30,856 bases of DNA from Pseudomonadota bacterium. Its GTDB lineage: Bacteria; Bdellovibrionota; Bdellovibrionia; Bdellovibrionales; SG-bin7. Both the position numbers and the translations under genes were made by a program. The notes below the pieces were generated by a model. It was given only the letters and a program-made list of their open reading frames with translations. It was not told where the DNA came from and made no database searches. The stretch is from positions 1-30,856 of the forward strand of contig JAWXAY010000028.1 of the NCBI GenBank assembly GCA_034439715.1. The letters are read 5' to 3'. Shown here piece after piece: positions 26,795-30,856 of the stretch. Numbering within the stretch: position 1 is the first letter of the stretch; each line of letters starts with the position of its first letter.

Positions 26795-28229
26795 GCGCAG
26801 TCCTATTTTAGCAGTCATTCCGACAGTGGCAATCCCCCTAACGATCATCGGCGTTATAATTAGTGCTATTGCCTCTTTTATCGCAGGCCTTTTTGGACTT
26901 GAATTAAAGTGGGAAGGCCCTAAAAGACTACTCGAAGTTTTTTTAAAACCTCGGGTCATTGTTGCCGCCATACTATTAAATCTGATTATTTGGGCCGGTA
27001 TTAAGGCCTACGATTATGTTTCAACGATGGCACGGCCACTGACCTATGTGCAACTTAAAAACCACTTCAATGCCCTCCCGAGTGACAATCGAAAATACAC
27101 TGACAACATTGAAACACCTAATATTTTTGAAAGCATCGAAGGGCTCACGATTAAAAAAATTAGCGCACTTACACAAGTGTGGGAAACTAAAGTTCCTAAG
27201 GGGGCTTTTGGTGGCCTTGTTTTTTCTGGCACTTCAATGTTTTTTGGCTCTGACGATGGCAATGTCTATGAGATGGACCCCACTGACGGCAAGGTCTTAA
27301 GAAAGTTCTACGTGGGCACCAGCGCCACCCCTAAAGTTGTGATTTGGAATAATCTTCTTTTTGCTGGCGAAGGCCACCACCCCACCCATCACGGCCGAAT
27401 TTACGTCTTTGATTTAAAGTTTGGCACCCTGAAGGGGGTCTTCCAAACCAAGGGTCATACCGAAGGCCCGCCTATGGTGTATACTGTTTTGGGCCAATCT
27501 CTGCTCTTAGTAATGGCTGGCTCTGATGGTATTTACGGTGTTGATCCTTTGACCTTAAAGCAAGTTTGGCATCAAAAATTAGGCCATGTAGATTCCGAAG
27601 CGAGGGTTGAAGGCAATCGCATTTATTTTTCTCGCGGAGTGGAACGTGATTTTGATGTTCGCGATCATAAAGTCTACGCACTCGAATTTAGCACCGGTAA
27701 TGTTATTTGGGAATCCGACACTGGGTCATCCAGTTGGCGCGCGCCCATTATTTTCGCGGATCGTGTTTGTTGGACGTTCGGTGAAATTTTTGTAAAAACC
27801 AAATTTGGTCAAGTGGGATGCTTTGATAAAACTTCTGGAAAACCACTGACGGCGGTTACACTCGACGGCTCATCGATAGGTACTCCTCTCCGTCTCGGCA
27901 GTTCGATTATTACCGCTGACCTGCAAGGTGGAATCTGCTCAATAGATCCCGTTACGGCCACAAGAAATTGGTGTGCCGATATTCCCAAAGGTAAATATTC
28001 TTATGCCTCGGCCAATTTTGACGGATATGGAAATATTTTGTTTCCGACAGAAAAAGACGGGCTCGTCGCGCTTGACTACAAGACTGGCGAAAAAACTTTT
28101 CAATGGAAGCCTGATGATAAACAGGCACCTTGGGGCATGGTAATGTCGGGCATTCATGTTAAAGATGACGAATTTTATGTGATCGATTGGAAGGGCACAG
28201 TTCGCAAATTAAAACCGGTTTATCAGTAA
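26772..28229 (+). CDS. Membrane-anchored PQQ/BamB-like beta-propeller protein
   Basis: Two N-terminal hydrophobic segments; repeated A/D-x-x-T-G-x-x-x-W blades (ALEFSTGNVIW, ALDYKTGEKTFQW). Start probably ATG 26772, overlapping the upstream gene by 23 nt. Confidence 0.85.
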   Translation: MGALFWLRRSPILAVIPTVAIPLTIIGVIISAIASFIAGLFGLELKWEGPKRLLEVFLKPRVIVAAILLNLIIWAGIKAYDYVSTMARPLTYVQLKNHFNALPSDNRKYTDNIETPNIFESIEGLTIKKISALTQVWETKVPKGAFGGLVFSGTSMFFGSDDGNVYEMDPTDGKVLRKFYVGTSATPKVVIWNNLLFAGEGHHPTHHGRIYVFDLKFGTLKGVFQTKGHTEGPPMVYTVLGQSLLLVMAGSDGIYGVDPLTLKQVWHQKLGHVDSEARVEGNRIYFSRGVERDFDVRDHKVYALEFSTGNVIWESDTGSSSWRAPIIFADRVCWTFGEIFVKTKFGQVGCFDKTSGKPLTAVTLDGSSIGTPLRLGSSIITADLQGGICSIDPVTATRNWCADIPKGKYSYASANFDGYGNILFPTEKDGLVALDYKTGEKTFQWKPDDKQAPWGMVMSGIHVKDDEFYVIDWKGTVRKLKPVYQ

Positions 28230-28261
28230 ATATTTTGCTCGGTACGGATAGATCAATTACT

Positions 28262-28822
28262 CTAGCGCCTGGTTAACGTATTTTTATCTGTATGATGAAA
28301 AAGTTTTTCTTGGCCCTTAATTTTAAGGACCGAGTCCTCTTCATAGGTAAAACTAGTGTCACTATGAATCGTAATACTGAGATCAAAAGCCACTGTTTTA
28401 AACTCCACATCTAAAAATTTGCTCGAGCAGATTCCATAGGTTTCTGAACCCACTTTAGCTGACAATTTAAACTGCCGCGCCTGAACATTGGCAGTACCAC
28501 CCGCCAAAACTGTGATGCCTCGAGGGACTAAAAAACAGCGCATTATCTGTTCGCTCTTTGCGTCCCACAGCCAGTAGCCGAGCTCCTCATGAAAGGCATC
28601 GGCCTCTCCCACCCTGAAGGCATTCGTTTGATAGCGTAGTCCATAGAGCTCTTGTTCGTGATTATTAACAGGTCCCATTGGCACAAAATTCATAACCTCG
28701 CGAAACTTAGTAGTTTCGGTTTTCCGGTCATGAGAGGGGGCAATATCAATACCCTTTTCACCTTCCCAAGTTCCGGCTAACGCAGCAAGAGGGCCCAATT
28801 TTTTTATGATTTCTGATTCCAC
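28262..28822 (-). CDS. Nitrobindin/FABP-like (DUF1794) heme-binding beta-barrel
   Basis: LGPLAALAGTWEG, FHEELGYWLWD, C-terminal FHHTDKNTL. Start set at GTG 28822 after GGAGG. Confidence 0.85.
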   Translation of the reverse strand: MESEIIKKLGPLAALAGTWEGEKGIDIAPSHDRKTETTKFREVMNFVPMGPVNNHEQELYGLRYQTNAFRVGEADAFHEELGYWLWDAKSEQIMRCFLVPRGITVLAGGTANVQARQFKLSAKVGSETYGICSSKFLDVEFKTVAFDLSITIHSDTSFTYEEDSVLKIKGQEKLFHHTDKNTLTRR

Positions 28823-28916
28823 GGCCACCTCCAAAAATATAGTGGTGTTAGCCTAGCGTGAGGATCCCAGTTTTGACAACTAATGAATTTGGAGGAAGCT
28901 TCGTTACCACCTGCTG

Positions 28917-28932
28917 TGGCACGGGATTTGCT
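28917..28932 (+). promoter_or_regulatory. sigma54 promoter, perfect consensus
   Basis: TGGCACGGGATTTGCT equals TGGCACG-N4-TTGCT. Confidence 0.85.
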
Positions 28933-28946
28933 TTAGTTTATGAGAT

Positions 28947-29105
28947 ATGCGAGGACCTATACAAACAATCATTAGCACCCTTTTTGCAATTTTGATTGTC
29001 TTTGCCATTTTGGCATTTGAAAAACGCGCTAAGGCTTCCGACTTTCAAGTGGAACGAGAGGTATTCCTAATACATCCGTTAACACCCAAGCTACCACACC
29101 ATTAG
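28947..29105 (+). CDS. Small 52-aa protein with signal peptide/TM helix (absent from the ORF track)
   Basis: MRGPIQTIISTLFAILIVFAILAFEKRAKASDFQVEREVFLIHPLTPKLPHH. The ATG is about 4 nt after the predicted sigma54 +1; the 3' 77 nt overlap the trehalase gene antisense. Confidence 0.55.
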   Translation: MRGPIQTIISTLFAILIVFAILAFEKRAKASDFQVEREVFLIHPLTPKLPHH

Positions 29106-30660
29106 TCCACAAAAAACCTTCTTGCGTAGGATATTTGTCGCCTCTTTCCTCAGGCAAACTACCCGTCACTACGTCAATTTTTTCGATGAGCTTAGTTGAT
29201 GCTTCATATATTCTTAGATTTGATTCTACCCATTTTTCACCCAAGCGTGTGGCATCATTGATATAGCCATATTTAAGTAGTCCACTAATCGACATAAAAT
29301 GGTGAGGGGCCCAGCCATACGGAAAATCCCATTGCTTTCCTGAACTAATATTTGACGAGGCGATTCCACCCTTTCGCTCAAGCATTGGCAAGAGGGCTAA
29401 CAGGGATCGTGCTTGCTCGGGACTCGCCGCGCCCACATACATCGGTGCATATATGTCAGCGGTCAATACATTGCCCTTTTGATTTGATCTCAAATTAAAA
29501 TCAAAATAACCGCCTTGTTTTTCATCCCACAAATAAGTGTTCATGGATAATTTTCTTTTTTCGGCGGCTTGTTCAAAATGTCTTGCATCGTCGGCTTTAT
29601 CGAGAAGCCTCGCCATCCAAAGAAGATCGTGCTCCACCTGAAATAAAACAGAATTTAACAATACGCCTGCAACTTGGGTAGCCTCACCGCCAAAGGCATC
29701 AGTAAAATCCTTGCCGCTTTCAGCTTCAGCTCTCGCATCGCGGAAGGTTTTAGCAAGCACCTCGTCAGCATCTGTCGAATGCCTCTCTGGACGTGGGGTG
29801 TTTAAATCGTCATAATGGTGATTAAGTGCCGTTTTAATATCATAGCGAGTTTTAGGGTTCATCCAAAATTTTTGATATTCTGCTTTCACAAGTGGATAGG
29901 CCTTTTTACGAAGCCATTCCATGGTTTTTACATCGAGTGGAGCTGCTAGGGCTTGGTGTTCGATATACAACCTAATCATTTGCGATAAAAATGGCGGCTG
30001 TGATCGTGATAAATAATACTCTCGATTTCCGTTGGGAACAAAGCCATATTTTTTTACTAGAAAAAGGAAATTATCAATCGTCATCTTAACGATATTTGAG
30101 CGTCCTGTTTTTAAGAGCGTCGGCATAGCAAAAAATGAATCCCAATAGTAACTTTCTTTAAAACGAGAACCTGGAATCATCATAGGATTGGGTAGCGGGA
30201 TCAAAGTTGACTTTGTTTTTTTGGGCGTTTTACGGATAAGATCTACCCAGGTTTTCTCGATATAATTAAAGAGGGTCTGAAATTTTATAGATTCAATGGT
30301 CCACTTCGGATCCAGCTCTCGCAAGGAGACGGGTTTAAGTTCATTTGCGGGCCGGTAGGTCTTTGCCAAAAGAAATTTTAATGCTTCAACCCGGCCCTTT
30401 TTAATTTCAACTTGCTGGCTTTCTATTTGGATCTTTTCTATTTGAGTTGTCGTGAGATTGCGGGGAACTAAGTCCGCTAAGGCCATAAAGTCGTCTACAA
30501 TGCGGAGACTTCTGATTTCTTCCAAAAGCGGGTCTGTTAGAACTTGGGAATATGTTTTAACATTGAATGAATTGCTGCAGATGCTGGAGGCCATTACCGG
30601 TAGAATAAAAAACTGAATTAGAAAGTGGATTATCATCAACCGTTTTAATTGCAACGACAA
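29029..30660 (-). CDS. treA: Secreted alpha,alpha-trehalase (GH37)
   Basis: PGSRFKESYYWDS, PNGNREYYLSRSQPPF, AESGKDF, QWDFPYGWAP, QEGFLWTNG; signal-peptide-like N-terminus. Start is TTG 30660 or ATG 30636. Confidence 0.92.
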   Translation of the reverse strand: MSLQLKRLMIIHFLIQFFILPVMASSICSNSFNVKTYSQVLTDPLLEEIRSLRIVDDFMALADLVPRNLTTTQIEKIQIESQQVEIKKGRVEALKFLLAKTYRPANELKPVSLRELDPKWTIESIKFQTLFNYIEKTWVDLIRKTPKKTKSTLIPLPNPMMIPGSRFKESYYWDSFFAMPTLLKTGRSNIVKMTIDNFLFLVKKYGFVPNGNREYYLSRSQPPFLSQMIRLYIEHQALAAPLDVKTMEWLRKKAYPLVKAEYQKFWMNPKTRYDIKTALNHHYDDLNTPRPERHSTDADEVLAKTFRDARAEAESGKDFTDAFGGEATQVAGVLLNSVLFQVEHDLLWMARLLDKADDARHFEQAAEKRKLSMNTYLWDEKQGGYFDFNLRSNQKGNVLTADIYAPMYVGAASPEQARSLLALLPMLERKGGIASSNISSGKQWDFPYGWAPHHFMSISGLLKYGYINDATRLGEKWVESNLRIYEASTKLIEKIDVVTGSLPEERGDKYPTQEGFLWTNGVVAWVLTDVLGIPLVPLESRKP

Positions 30661-30704
30661 TGCCGCAACAAAGTGAGAATAAGCGTGCTAGTCGCCCCAT
30701 CCTG

Positions 30705-30732
30705 TTGAAAAATTGGACATCGGGCCTATAAT
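30705..30732 (+). promoter_or_regulatory. Candidate sigma70 promoter pointing out of the window
   Basis: TTGAAA-N16-TATAAT. Confidence 0.45.
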
Positions 30733-30767
30733 TGTCACACGGCGATCTTTAAAAAGTTTTAAATAAA

Positions 30768-30856
30768 TTGGGGACATCGGCGGGTATTTTTGAGTATCTC
30801 GCTGTACTGACTTGGATTTTAGTACTGGTATGGGCTTCGCAGTGGAGAAAAGAGAG
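30768..30856 (+). CDS. Possible N-terminus of a membrane protein running off the window
   Basis: Open from TTG 30768 to the window end: MGTSAGIFEYLAVLTWILVLVWASQWRKE; hydrophobic; downstream of the sigma70-like promoter. Confidence 0.35.
   Translation, partial: MGTSAGIFEYLAVLTWILVLVWASQWRKE

Noticed and set aside
684..28157. Many 60-135-aa antisense or out-of-frame ORFs (e.g. 4488-4847, 5093-5479, 11453-11857, 25513-25863)
   Set aside because: Shadow ORFs within well-supported genes; no family motifs.
30675..30690. Minus-strand TAGCACGCTTATTCTC as a sigma54 promoter for trehalase
   Set aside because: Both invariant dinucleotides (GG and GC) are altered.
1..30856. CRISPR array, rRNA, tRNA, IS element or cobalamin riboswitch
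   Set aside because: None recognised by eye; intergenic gaps near the B12 genes are under 90 nt. An Rfam or tRNAscan run would be decisive.

Overview
Chromosomal window from a Gram-negative bacterium. Gene families and promoter types suggest Bdellovibrionota (inference; no database search was run). From left to right: (1) a minus-strand run of a stand-alone B12-binding subunit, an OM beta-barrel, RidA, YdcF and mlaEFD, in which the MlaF ATPase has lost three catalytic residues; (2) an acyl-CoA dehydrogenase that converges, about 3.2 kb away, with a porin-hbd-crt-icmF operon for butyryl/isobutyryl-CoA metabolism; (3) between these, two secreted or membrane hypotheticals and a compact module of a catalytic-domain-only tyrosine recombinase divergent from a membrane-anchored XRE-HTH protein, with an AT-rich spacer full of repeats, a dif-like core and an 11-bp motif recurring on both sides of the HTH gene; (4) an SH3/Asp-box secreted protein, plsC coupled to a RelA/SpoT-fold protein, a sigma54-driven lipoprotein, and pstCAB-phoU without pstS; (5) hmgA and gpmA; (6) an RPH/PigC-architecture dikinase coupled to a membrane-anchored His-rich beta-propeller; (7) a nitrobindin, an unannotated sigma54-driven 52-aa ORF and a secreted GH37 trehalase. 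No rRNA, tRNA, CRISPR array or transposase was seen. The best candidates for undescribed systems are the recombinase/membrane-tethered HTH/repeat module (7678-9118) and the dikinase + propeller pair (24446-28229).
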